Source: Utricularia gibba (Eukaryota > Plantae > Magnoliophyta). From it: a stretch of 27,476 bases of DNA. Under the pieces are notes generated by a model that saw nothing but the letters and a program-made list of their open reading frames with translations, was not told where the DNA came from and ran no database searches. Location: the NCBI GenBank assembly GCA_002189035.1, contig NEEC01000496.1, positions 1 to 27,476 of the forward strand, written 5' to 3'. Position numbers and translations under genes: made by a program. Numbering within the stretch: the first letter of the stretch is position 1; every line of letters begins with the position of its first letter. Below, piece after piece: positions 1 to 13,209 of the stretch.

Positions 1-3000
1 GGACCAAGTTCCCAGCGAGACTGGCCGCCACAAAACGAGAAGCTGTTCCTTGAAAAACCATGTAGAGCCCCCAAAACTGAACGTTAATAAATACATCACT
101 TTATTTTCCGAGTACAACTAACTCTCGGCGCAAGCCAAACCTGACCTTTGTCCCGTTCTAGGTGCACCCCAAGACCGCCTCCTCAAGTATAAAGTAAGTT
201 GTTGAAAAAATCATGTGGGGTGCACGTGATATCGTAATTTAAAAAGGCATCATTTTCTTTAATCGATTTCCATCCGGTTGACCTCATGAGCCATACAGAA
301 TCGGGGTCAAGGACCAAGTTCCCAGCGAGACTGGCCGCCACAAAACGAGAAGCTGTTCCTTGAAAAACCATGTAGCAGCCCCCAAAAACTGAACGTTAAT
401 AAATACATCACTTTATTTTCCGAGCTACAACTAACTCTCGGCGCAAGCCAAACCTGACCTTTGTCCCGTTCTAGGTGCACCCCAAGACCGCCTCCTCAAG
501 TATAAAGTAAGTTGTTGAAAAATCATGTGGGTGCACGTGATATCGTAATTTAAACAAAGGCATCATTTTCTTTAATCGATTTCCATCCGGTTGACCTCAT
601 GAGCATACATAATCGGGGTCAAGGACCAAGTTCCCAGCGAGACTGGCCGCCACAAAACGAGAAGCTGTTCCTTGAAAAACCATGTAGGCAGCCCCCAAAA
701 ACTGAACGTTAATAAATACATCACTTTATTTTCCGAGCTACAACTAACTCTCGGCGCAAGCCAAACCTGACCTTTGTCCCGTTCTAGGTGCACCCAAGAC
801 CGCCTCCTCAAGTATAAAGTAAGTTGTTGAAAAAATCATGTGGGGTGCACGTGATATCGTAATTTAAACAAAGGCATCATTTTTTTAATCAATTTGCATC
901 CGGTTGACCTCATGAGCAATACATAATCGGGGTCAAGGACCAAGTTCCCAGCGAGACTGGCCGCCACAAAACGAGAAGCTGTTCCTTGAAAAACCATGTA
1001 GGCAGCCCCCAAAACTGAACGTTAATAAATACATCACTTTATTTTCCGAGCTACAACTAACTCTCGGCGCAAGCCAAACCTGACCTTTGTCCCGTTCTAG
1101 GTGCACCCCAAGACCGCCTCCTCAAGTATAAAGTAAGTTGTTGAAAAAATCATGTGGGGTGCACGTGATATCGTAATTTAAACAAAGGCATCATTTTTTT
1201 AATCGATTTGCATCCGGTTGACCTCATGAGCATACAGAATCGGGGTCAAGGACCAAGTTCCCAGCGAGACTGGCCCACAAAACGAGAAGCTGTTCCTTGA
1301 AAAACCATGTAGGCAGCCCCGAAAACTGAACGTTAATAAATACATCACTTTATTTGCCGAGTTACAACTAACTCTCGGCGCAAGCCAAACCTGACCTTTG
1401 TCCCGTTCTAGGTGCACCCCAAGACCGCCTCCTCAAGTATAAAGTAAGTTGTTGAAAAAATCATGTGGGGTGCACGTGATATCGTAATTTAAAGAAAGGC
1501 ATCATTTTCTTTAATCGATTTCCATCCGGTTGACCTCATGAGCCATACAGAATCGGGGTCAAGGACCAAGTTCCCAGCGAGACTGGCCGCCACAAAACGA
1601 GAAGCTGTTCCTTGAAAAACCATGTAGGCAGCCCCAAAAACTGAACGTTAATAAATACATCACTTTATTTGCCGCAACTAACTCTCGGCGCAAGCCAAAC
1701 CTGACCTTTGTCCCGTTCTAGGTGCACCCAAGACCGCCTCCTCAAGTATAAAGCAAGTTGTTGAAAAAATCATGTGGGGTGCACGTGATATCGTAATTTA
1801 AAGAAAGGCATCATTTTCTTTAATCGATTTCCATCCGGTTGACCTCATGAGCCATACAGAATCGGGGTCAAGGACCAAGTTCCCAGCGAGACTGGCCGCC
1901 ACAAAACGAGAAGCTGTTCCTTGAAAAACCATGTAGGCAGCCCCCAAAAACTGAACGTTAATAAATACATCACTTTATTTTCCGAGCTACAACTAACTCT
2001 CGGCGCAAGCCAAACCTGACCTTTGTCCCGTTCTAGGTGCACCCCAAGACCGCCTCCAAGTATAAAGCAAGTTGTTGAAAAAATCATGTGGGGTGCACGT
2101 GATATCGTAATTTAAACAAAGGCATCATTTTCTTTAATCGATTTCCATCCGGTTGACCTCATGAGCCATACAGAATCGGGGTCAAGGACCAAGTTCCCAG
2201 CGAGACTGGCCGCCACAAAACGAGAAGCTGTTCCTTGAAAAACCATGTAGGCAGCCCCCAAAAACTGAACGTTAATAAATACATCACTTTATTTTCCGAG
2301 CTACAACTAACTCTCGGCGCAAGCCAAACCTGACCTTTGTCCCGTTCTAGGTGCACCCCAAGACCGCCTCCTCAAGTATAAAGTAAGTTGTTGAAAAAAT
2401 CATGTGGGGTGCACGTGATATCGTAATTTAAACAAAGGCATCATTTTCTTTAATCGATTTGCATCCGGTTGACCTCATGAGCCATACAGAATCGGGGTCA
2501 AGGACCAAGTTCCCAGCGAGACTGGCCGCCACAAAACGAGAAGCTGTTCCTTGAAAAACCATGTAGGCAGCCCCCAAAACTGAACGTTAATAAATACATC
2601 ACTTTTTTTCCGAGCTACAACTAACTCTCGGCGCAAGCCAAACCTGACCTTTGTCCCGTTCTAGGTGCACCCCAAGACCGCCTCCTCAAGTATAAAGTAA
2701 GTTGTTGAAAAAATCATGTGGGGTGCACGTGATATCGTAATTTAAACAAAGGCATCATTTTTTTAATCGATTTGCATCCGGTTGACCTCATGAGCCATAC
2801 AGAATCGGGTCAAGGACCAAGTTCCCAGCGAGACTGGCCGCCACAAAACGAGAAGCTGTTCCTTGAAAAACCATGTAGGCAGCCCCCAAAACTGAACGTT
2901 AATAAATACATCACTTTATTTTCCGAGCTACAACTAACTCTCGGCAAGCCAAACCTGACCTTTGTCCCGTTCTAGGTGCACCCCAAGACCGCCTCCTCAA

Positions 3001-4371
3001 GTATAAAGTAAGTTGTTGAAAAAATCATGTGGGTGCACGTGATATCGTAATTTAAACAAAGGCATCATTTTTTTAATCGATTTGCATCCGGTTGACCTCA
3101 TGAGCATACAGAATCGGGGTCAAGGACCAAGTTCCCAGCGAGACTGGCCGCCACAAAACGAGAAGCTGTTCCTTGAAAAACCATGTAGGCAGCCCCCAAA
3201 AACTGAACGTTAATAAATACATCACTTTATTTGCCGAGCTACAACTAACTCTCGGCGCAAGCCAAACCTGACCTTTGTCCCGTTCTAGGTGCACCCAAAG
3301 ACCGCCTCCTCAAGTATAAAGTAAGTTGTTGAAAAATCATGTGGGTGCACGTGATATCGTAATTTAAACAAAGGCATCATTTTTTTAATCATTTGCATCC
3401 GGTTGACCTCATGAGCATACATAATCGGGGTCAAGGACCAAGTTCCCAGCGAGACTGGCCGCCACAAAACGAGAAGCTGTTCCTTGAAAAACCATGTAGG
3501 CAGCCCCCAAAACTGAACGTTAATAAATACATCACTTTATTTTCCGAGCTACAACTAACTCTCGGCGCAAGCCAAACCTGACCTTTGTCCCGTTCTAGGT
3601 GCACCCCAAGACCGCCTCCTCAAGTATAAAGTAAGTTGTTGAAAAAATCATGTGGGGTGCACGTGATATCGTAATTTAAACAAAGGCATCATTTTTTAAA
3701 TCGATTTCCATCCGGTTGACCTCATGAGCATACAGAATCGGGGTCAAGGACCAAGTTCCCAGCGAGACTGGCCGCCACAAAACGAGAAGCTGTTCCTTGA
3801 AAAACCATGTAGGCAGCCCCCAAAACTGAACGTTAATAAATACATCACTTTATTTTCCGAGCTACAACTAACTCTCGGCGCAAGCCAAACCTGACCTTTG
3901 TCCCGTTCTAGGTGCACCCCAAGACCGCCTCCTCAAGTATAAAGTAAGTTGTTGAAAAATCATGTGGGTGCACGTGATATCGTAATTTAAACAAAGGCAT
4001 CATTTTTTTTAATCGATTTCCATCCGGTTGACCTCATGAGCCATACAAAATCGGGGTCAAGGACCAAGTTCCCAGCGAGACTGGCCGCCACAAAACGAGA
4101 AGCTGTTCCTTGAAAAACCATGTAGGCAGCCCCCAAAAACTGAACGTTAATAAATATCACTTTATTTTCCGAGCTACAACTAACTCTCGGCGCAAGCCAA
4201 ACCTGACCTTTGTCCCGTTCAGGTGCACCCCAAGACCGCCTCCTCAAGTATAAAGTAAGTTGTTGAAAAAATCATGTGGGTGCACGTGATATCGTAATTT
4301 AAACAAAGGCATCATTTTTTTAATCGATTTGCATCCGGTTGACCTCATGAGCCATACATAATCGGGGTCAA

Positions 4372-4639
4372 GGACCAAGTTCCCAGCGAGACTGGCCGCC
4401 ACAAAACGAGAAGCTGTTCCTTGAAAAACCATGTACCCCCAAAAAATTATTTTCTACTCGGCGCAAGCCAAACCTGACCTTGTCCCGTTCTAGGTGCACC
4501 CAAGACCGCCTCAAGTATAAAGTAAGTTGTTGAAAAAATCATGTGGGGTGCACGTGATATCGTAATTTAAACAAAGGCATCATTTTTTTAATCGATTTGC
4601 ATCCGGTTGACCTCATGAGCCATACAGAATCGGGGTCAA
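4372..4639 (+). repeat. Truncated copy 15 (268 bp, ~45 bp missing around 4435-4460)
   Basis: Reads ATGTACCCCCAAAAAATTATTTTCTACTCGG where the consensus has about 75 bp. The garbled pattern fits a basecalling dropout better than a clean deletion. Confidence 0.7.
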
Positions 4640-7600
4640 GGACCAAGTTCCCAGCGAGACTGGCCGCCACAAACGAAAGCTGTTCCTTGAAAAACCATGT
4701 AGGCAGCCCCCAAAACTGAACGTTAATAAATACATCACTTTATTTTCCGAGCTACAACTAACTCTCGGCGCAAGCCAAACCTGACCTTTGTCCCGTTCTA
4801 GGTGCACCCCAAGACCGCCTCCTCAAGTATAAAGCAAGTTGTTGAAAAAATCATGTGGGGTGCACGTGATATCGTAATTTAAAGAAAGGCATCATTTTCT
4901 TTAATCGATTTCCATCCGGTTGACCTCATGAGCCATACAGAATCGGGGTCAAGGACCAAGTTCCCAGCGAGACTGGCCGCACAAAACGAGAAGCTGTTCT
5001 TGAAAAACCATGTAGGCAGCCCCCAAAACTGAACGTTAATAAATACATCACTTTATTTTCCGAGCTACAACTAACTCTCGGCGCAAGCCAAACCTGACCT
5101 TTGTCCCGTTCTAGGTGCACCCCAAGACCGCCTCCTCAAGTATAAAGTAAGTTGTTGAAAAAATCATGTGGGGTGCACGTGATATCGTAATTTAAACAAA
5201 GGCATCATTTTCTTTAATCGATTTCCATCCGGTTGACCTCATGAGCCATACAGAATCGGGACCAAGTTCCCAGCGAGACTGGCCGCCACAAAACGAGAAG
5301 CTGTTCCTTGAAAAACCATGTAGGCAGCCCCAAAAACTGAACGTTAATAAATACATCACTTTATTTTCCGAGCTACAACTAACTCTCGGCGCAAGCCAAA
5401 CCTGACCTTTGTCCCGTTCTAGGTGCACCCCAAGACCGCCTCCTCAAGTATAAAGTAAGTTGTTGAAAAAATGTGGGTGCACGTGATATCGTAATTTAAA
5501 CAAGGCATCATTTTTTTAATCGATTTCCATCCGTTGACCTCATGAGCATACATAATCGGGGTCAAGGACCAAGTTCCCAGCGAGACTGGCCGCCACAAAA
5601 CGAGAAGCTGTTCCTTGAAAAACCATGTAGGCAGCCCCCAAAAACTGAACGTTAATAAATACATCACTTTATTTTCCGAGCTACAACTAACTCTCGGCGC
5701 AAGCCAAACCTGACCTTTGTCCCGTTCTAGGTGCACCCCAAGACCGCCTCCTCAAGTATAAAGTAAGTTGTTGAAAAAATCATGTGGGGTGCACGTGATA
5801 TCGTAATTTAAACAAAGGCATCATTTTTTTTAATCGATTTGCATCCGGTTGACCTCATGAGCCATACATAATCGGGGTCAAGGACCAAGTTCCCAGCGAG
5901 ACTGGCCGCCACAAAACGAGAAGCTGTTCCTTGAAAAACCATGTAGGCAGCCCCCAAAACTGAACGTTAATAAATACATCACTTTATTTTCCGAGCTACA
6001 ACTAACTCTCGCAAGCCAAACCTGACCTTTGTCCCGTTCTAGGTGCACCCCAAGACCGCCTCCTCAAGTATAAAGTAAGTTGTTGAAAAAATCATGTGGG
6101 GTGCACGTGATATCGTAATTTAAACAAAGGCATCATTTTTTTAATCAATTTGCATCCGGTTGACCTCATGAGCCATACATAATCGGGTCAAGGACCAAGT
6201 TCCCAGCGAGACTGGCCGCCACAAAACGAGAAGCTGTTCCTTGAAAAACCATGTAGGCAGCCCCCAAAAACTGAACGTTAATAAATACATCACTTTATTT
6301 CCGAGCTACAACTAACTCTCGGCGCAAGCCAAACCTGACCTTTGTCCCGTTCTAGGTGCACCCCAAGACCGCCTCCTCAAGTATAAAGTAAGTTGTTGAA
6401 AAAATCATGTGGGGTGCACGTGATATCGTAATTTAAAAAAGGCATCATTTTCTTTTAATCGATTTCCATCCGGTTGACCTCATGAGCCATACAGAATCGG
6501 GGTCGGACCAAGTTCCCAGCGAGACTGGCCGCCACAAAACGAGAAGCTGTTCCTTGAAAAACCATGTAGGCAGCCCCCAAAACTGAACGTTAATAATACA
6601 TCACTTTATTTGCCGAGCTACAACTAACTCTCGGCGCAAGCCAAACCTGACCTTTGTCCCGTTCTAGGTGCACCCAAGACCGCCTCCTCAAGTATAAAGT
6701 AAGTTGTTGAAAAAATCATGTGGGTGCACGTGATATCGTAATTTAAACAAAGGCATTTTTTTTTAATCGATTTGCATCCGGTTGACCTCATGAGCAATAC
6801 ATAATCGGGGTCAAGGACCAAGTTCCCAGCGAGACTGGCCGCCACAAAACGAGAAGCTGTTCCTTGAAAAACCATGTAGGCAGCCCCCAAAACTGAACGT
6901 TAATAATACATCACTTTATTTTCCGAGCTACAACTAACTCTCGGCGCAAGCCAAACCTGACCTTTGTCCCGTTCTAGGTGCACCCCAAGACCGCCTCCTC
7001 AAGTATAAAGCAAGTTGTTGAAAAAATCATGTGGGGTGCACGTGATATCGTAATTTAAACAAAGGCATCATTTTTTTTAATCAATTTGCATCCGGTTGAC
7101 CTCATGAGCCATACATAATCGGGGTCAAGGACCAAGTTCCCAGCGAGACTGGCCGCACAAAACGAGAAGCTGTTCCTTGAAAAACCATGTAGGCAGCCCC
7201 CAAAAACTGAACGTTAATAAATACATCACTTTATTTGCCGAGCTACAACTAACTCTCGGCGCAAGCCAAACCTGACCTTTGTCCCGTTCTAGGTGCACCC
7301 CAAGACCGCCTCCTCAAGTATAAAGTAAGTTGTTGAAAAAATCATGTGGGGTGCACGTGATATCGTAATTTAAAAAGGCATCATTTTTTTAATCGATTTG
7401 CATCCGGTTGACCTCATGAGCATACAGAATCGGGGGACCAAGTTCCCAGCGAGACTGGCCGCCACAAAACGAGAAGCTGTTCCTTGAAAAACCATGTAGG
7501 CAGCCCCCAAAACTGAACGTTAATAAATACATCACTTTATTTGCCGAGCTACAACTAACTCTCGGCGCAAGCCAAACTGACCTTTGTCCCGTTCTAGGTG

Positions 7601-10600
7601 CACCCAAGACCGCCTCCTCAAGTATAAAGTAAGTTGTTGAAAAAATCATGTGGGTGCACGTGATATCGTAATTTAATTCATCCGATTTGCATCCGGTTGA
7701 CCTCATGAGCAATACACGGGGTCAAGGACCAAGTTCCCAGCGAGACTGGCCGCCACAAAACGAGAAGCTGTTCCTTGAAAAACCATGTAGGCAGCCCCCA
7801 AAACTGAACGTTAATAAATACATCACTTTATTTTCCGAGCTACAACTAACTCTCGCAAGCCAAACCTGACCTTTGTCCCGTTCTAGGTGCACCCAAGACC
7901 GCCTCCTCAAGTATAAAGTAAGTTGTTGAAAAAATCATGTGGGGTGCACGTGATATCGTAATTTAAACAAAGGCATCATTTTTTTAATCGATTTGCATCC
8001 GGTTGACCTCATGAGCAATACATAATCGGGTCAAGGACCAAGTTCCCAGCGAGACTGGCCGCCACAAAACGAGAAGCTGTTCCTTGAAAAACCATGTAGG
8101 CAGCCCCCAAAAACTGAACGTTAATAAATACATCACTTTATTTTCCGAGTTACAACTAACTCTCGGCGCAAGCCAAACCTGACCTTTGTCCCGTTCAGGT
8201 GCACCCCAAGACCGCCTCCTCAAGTATAAAGCAAGTTGTTGAAAAAATCATGTGGGGTGCACGTGATATCGTAATTTAAAAAAGGCATCATTTTTTTAAT
8301 CGATTTCCATCCGGTTGACCTCATGAGCCATATCGGGCACCAAGTTCCCAGCGAGACTGGCCGCCACAAAACGAGAAGCTGTTCCTTGAAAAACCATGTA
8401 GGCAGCCCCCAAAACTGAACGTTAATAAATACATCACTTTATTTGAGCTACAACTAACTCTCGGCGCAAGCCAAACCTGACCTTTGTCCCGTTCTAGGTG
8501 CACCCCAAGACCGCCTCCTCAAGTATAAAGTAAGTTGTTGAAAAAATCATGTGGGGTGCACGTGATATCGTAATTTAAACAAGGCATCATTTTCTTTAAT
8601 CGATTTGCATCCGGTTGACCTCATGAGCATACAAATCGGGGTCAAGGACCAAGTTCCCAGCGAGACTGGCCGCCACAAAACGAGAAGCTGTTCCTTGAAA
8701 AACCATGTAGGCAGCCCCCAAAAACTGAACGTTAATAAATACATCACTTTATTTTCCGAGCTACAACTAACTCTCGCGCAAGCCAAACCTGACCTTTGTC
8801 CCGTTCTAGGTGCACCCCAAGACCGCCTCCTCAAGTATAAAGTAAGTTGTTGAAAAAATCATGTGGGGTGCACGTGATATCGTAATTTAAACAAAGGCAT
8901 CATTTTTTTAATCAATTTGCATCCGGTTGACCTCATGAGCAATACAGAATCGGGTCAAGGACCAAGTTCCCAGCGAGACTGGCCGCCACAAAACGAGAAG
9001 CTGTTCCTTGAAAAACCATGTAGGCAGCCCCCAAAAACTGAACGTTAATAAATACATCACTTTATTTTCCGAGCTACAACTAACTCTCGCGCAAGCCAAA
9101 CCTGACCTTTGTCCCGTTCTAGGTGCACCCCAAGACCGCCTCCTCAAGTATAAAGTAAGTTGTTGAAAAAATCATGTGGGGTGCACGTGATATCGTAATT
9201 TAAAAAGGCATCATTTTTTTTAATCAATTTGCATCCGGTTGACCTCATGAGCAATACAAATCGGGTCAAGGACCAAGTTCCCAGCGAGACTGGCCGCCAC
9301 AAAACGAGAAGCTGTTCCTTGAAAAACCATGTAGGCAGCCCCCAAAAACTGAACGTTAATAAATACATCACTTTATTTGCCGAGCTACAACTAACTCTCG
9401 GCAAGCCAAACCTGACCTTTGTCCCGTTCTAGGTGCACCCCAAGACCGCCTCCAAAGTATAAAGTAAGTTGTTGAAAAAATCATGTGGGGTGCACGTGAT
9501 ATCGTAATTTAAAAAAAGGCATCATTTTTTTAATCGATTTCCATCCGGTTGACCTCATGAGCCATACAGAATCGGGGGGGACCAAGTTCCCAGCGAGACT
9601 GGCCGCCACAAAACGAGAAGCTGTTCCTTGAAAAACCATGTAGGCAGCCCCCAAAAACTGAACGTTAATAAATACATCACTTTATTTTCCGAGCTACAAC
9701 TAACTCTCGGCGCAAGCCAAACCTGACCTTTGTCCCGTTCTAGGTGCACCCCAAGACCGCCTCCAAAGTATAAAGCAAGTTGTTGAAAAAATCATGTGGG
9801 GTGCACGTGATATCGTAATTTAAAGAAAGGCATCATTTTCTTTAATCGATTTCCATCCGGTTGACCTCATGAGCCATACAGAATCGGGGTCAAGGACCAA
9901 GTTCCCAGCGAGACTGGCCGCCACAAAACGAGAAGCTGTTCCTTGAAAAACCATGTAGGCAGCCCCCAAAAACTGAACGTTAATAAATACATCACTTTAT
10001 TTGCCGAGCTACAACTAACTCTCGGCGCAAGCCAAACCTGACCTTTGTCCCGTTCTAGGTGCACCCCAAGACCGCCTCCTCAAGTATAAAGTAAGTTGTT
10101 GAAAAAATCATGTGGGGTGCACGTGATATCGTAATTTAAACAAAGCATCATTTTTTTTAATCAATTTGCATCCGGTTGACCTCATGAGCAATACATAATC
10201 GGGTCAAGGACCAAGTTCCCAGCGAGACTGGCCGCCACAAAACGAGAAGCTGTTCCTTGAAAAACCATGTAGGCAGCCCCCAAAACTGAACGTTAATAAA
10301 TACATCACTTTATTTTCCGAGCTACAACTAACTCTCGGCGCAAGCCAAACCTGACCTTTGTCCGTTCTAGGTGCACCCCAAGACCGCCTCCTCAAGTATA
10401 AAGCAAGTTGTTGAAAAAATCATGTGGGGTGCACGTGATATCGTAATTTAAAAAAGGCATCATTTTCTTTAATCGATTTGCATCCGGTTGACCTCATGAG
10501 CCATACAGAATCGGGGTCAAGGACCAAGTTCCCAGCGAGACTGGCCGCCACAAAACGAGAAGCTGTTCCTTGAAAAACCATGTAGGCAGCCCCCAAAACT

Positions 10601-12695
10601 GAACGTTAATAAATACATCACTTTATTTTCCGAGCTACAACTAACTCTCGCGCAAGCCAAACCTGACCTTTGTCCCGTTCTAGGTGCACCCAAGACCGCC
10701 TCCTCAAGTATAAAGTAAGTTGTTGAAAAATCATGTGGGGTGCACGTGATATCGTAATTTAAACAAAGGCATCATTTTCTTTAATCGATTTGCATCCGGT
10801 TGACCTCATGAGCATACAGAATCGGGGTCAAGGACCAAGTTCCCAGCGAGACTGGCCGCCAAAAACGAGAAGCTGTTCCTTGAAAACCATGTAGGCAGCC
10901 CCCAAAACTGAACGTTAATAAATACATCACTTTATTTTCCGAGCTACAACTAACTCTCGCAAGCCAAACCTGACCTTTGTCCCGTTCCAGGTGCACCCCA
11001 AGACCGCCTCCTCAAGTATAAAGCAAGTTGTTGAAAAAATCATGTGGGGTGCACGTGATATCGTAATTTAAAGAAAGGCATCATTTTCTTTAATCGATTT
11101 CCATCCGGTTGACCTCATGAGCCATACAGAATCGGGGTCAGGACCAAGTTCCCAGCGAGACTGGCCCACAAAACGAGAAGCTGTTCCTTGAAAAACCATG
11201 TAGGCAGCCCCCAAAAACTGAACGTTAATAAATACATCACTTTATTTTCCGAGCTACAACTAACTCTCGGCGCAAGCCAAACCTGACCTTTGTCCCGTTC
11301 TAGGTGCACCCCAAGACCGCCTCCTCAAGTATAAAGTAAGTTGTTGAAAAAATCATGTGGGGTGCACGTGATATCGTAATTTAAACAAAGGCATCATTTT
11401 TTAATCGATTTGCATCCGGTTGACCTCATGAGCATACAGAATCGGGGTCAAGGACCAAGTTCCCAGCGAGACTGGCCGCCACAAAACGAGAAGCTGTTCC
11501 TTGAAAAACCATGTAGGCAGCCCCCAAAACTGAACGTTAATAAATACATCACTTTATTTTCCGAGCTACAACTAACTCTCGGCGCAAGCCAAACCTGACC
11601 TTTGTCCCGTTCTAGGTGCACCCCAAGACCGCCTCCTCAAGTATAAAGTAAGTTGTTGAAAAAATCATGTGGGTGCACGTGATATCGTAATTTAAACAAA
11701 GGCATCATTTTTTTTAATCGATTTGCATCCGGTTGACCTCATGAGCCATACAATCGGGGTCAAGGACCAAGTTCCCAGCGAGACTGGCCGCCACAAAACG
11801 AGAAGCTGTTCCTTGAAAAACCATGTAGGCAGCCCCCAAAACTGAACGTTAATAAATACATCACTTTATTTTCCGAGCTACAACTAACTCTCGGCGCAAG
11901 CCAAACCTGACCTTTGTCCGTTCTAGGTGCACCCCAAGACCGCCTCCTCAAGTATAAAGCAAGTTGTTGAAAAAATCATGTGGGGTGCACGTGATATCGT
12001 AATTTAAAGAAAGGCATCATTTTCTTTAATCGATTTCCATCCGGTTGACCTCATGAGCATACAGAATCGGGGTCAAGGACCAAGTTCCCAGCGAGACTGG
12101 CCGCCACAAAACGAGAAGCTGTTCCTTGAAAAACCATGTAGGCAGCCCCCAAAACTGAACGTTAATAAATACATCACTTTATTTTCCGAGCACAACTAAC
12201 TCTCGCGCAAGCCAAACCTGACCTTTGTCCCGTTCTAGGTGCACCCCAAGACCGCCTCCTCAAGTATAAAGTAAGTTGTTGAAAAAATCATGTGGGTGCA
12301 CGTGATATCGTAATTTAAACAAAGGCATCATTTTTTTCATTTGCATCCGGTTGACCTCATGAGCCATACAGAATCGGGGTCAAGGACCAAGTTCCCAGCG
12401 AGACTGGCCGCCACAAAACGAGAAGCTGTTCCTTGAAAAACCATGTAGGCAGCCCCCAAAAAACTGAACGTTAATAATACATCACTTTATTTTCCGAGCT
12501 ACAACTAACTCTCGGCGCAAGCCAAACCTGACCTTTGTCCCGTTCTAGGTGCACCCCAAGACCGCCTCCTCAAGTATAAAGTAAGTTGTTGAAAAAATCA
12601 TGTGGGGTGCACGTGATATCGTAATTTAAACAAGGCATCATTTTTTAATCGATTTGCATCCGGTTGACCTCATGAGCATACAGAATCGGGGTCAA

Positions 12696-12981
12696 GGACC
12701 AAGTTCCCAGCGAGACTGGCCGCCACAAAACGAGAAGCTGTTCCTTGAAAAACCATGTAGGCAGCCCCCAAAACTGAACGTTAATAAATACATCACTTTT
12801 TTCCGAGCTACAACTAACTCTCGCGCAAGCCAAACCTGACCTTTGTCCGTTCTAGGTGCACCAAGACAAGTGTAAAAAAATCATGTGGGGTGCACGTGAT
12901 ATCGTAATTTAAACAAAGGCATCATTTTTTTAATCGATTTGCATCCGGTTGACCTCATGAGCCATACAGAATCGGGGTCAA
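12696..12981 (+). repeat. Truncated copy 42 (286 bp, ~28 bp missing around 12860-12880)
   Basis: CCAAGACAAGTGTAAAAAAATCATG replaces CCCCAAGACCGCCTCCTCAAGTATAAAGTAAGTTGTTGAAAAAATCATG. Confidence 0.7.
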
Positions 12982-13030
12982 GGACCAAGTTCCCAGCGAG
13001 ACTGGCCGCCACAAAACGAGAAGCTGTTCC

Positions 13031-13185
13031 TTGAAAAACCATGTAGGCAGCCCCCAAAACTGAACGTTAATAAATACATCACTTTATTTTCCGAGCTACA
13101 ACTAACTCTCGGCGCAAGCCAAACCTGACCTTTGTCCCGTTCTAGGTGCACCCCAAGACCGCCTCCTCAAGTATAAAGTAAGTTG
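13031..13185 (+). repeat. Subunit A (~155 bp) of the dimeric unit
   Basis: Begins TTGAAAAACCATGTAGGCAGC. Its first 60 bp align to subunit B at 40/62 columns. Shared anchors CATCA, AGCCA-AC and AGAC-G-CC-CC-CAA recur at ~157-bp offsets. Confidence 0.8.
13091..13112. repeat. Short inverted repeat CCGAG ... CTCGG (once per unit)
   Basis: CCGAG at 13091-13095 and CTCGG at 13108-13112, with possible inner pairing GAG(C/T)TA-CAAC-TAACTC. Confidence 0.7.
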
Positions 13186-13209
13186 TTGAAAAAATCATGT
13201 GGGGTGCAC
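13146..13209. repeat. 10-bp perfect inverted repeat GTGCACCCCA / TGGGGTGCAC, 44-nt spacer (once per unit)
   Basis: GTGCACCCCA at 13146-13155 and its reverse complement TGGGGTGCAC at 13200-13209. Present in nearly all copies apart from homopolymer-length changes. Confidence 0.9.

Noticed and set aside
13100-13183. Spliced-leader RNA, 5S rRNA, tRNA or snRNA gene array
   Set aside because: AACTAAC matches only the first 7 nt of the trypanosomatid leader. I recognise no full leader, convincing Sm site, Pol III A/B box pair, cloverleaf or 5S sequence.
13168-13200. Bacterial sigma70 promoter on the minus strand (TATACT) or TATA box (TATAAA) on the plus strand
   Set aside because: The -35 position (ATGATT) is poor, and the start site would fall inside the putative Shine-Dalgarno sequence. 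A lone TATAAA in an AT-rich patch is expected by chance.
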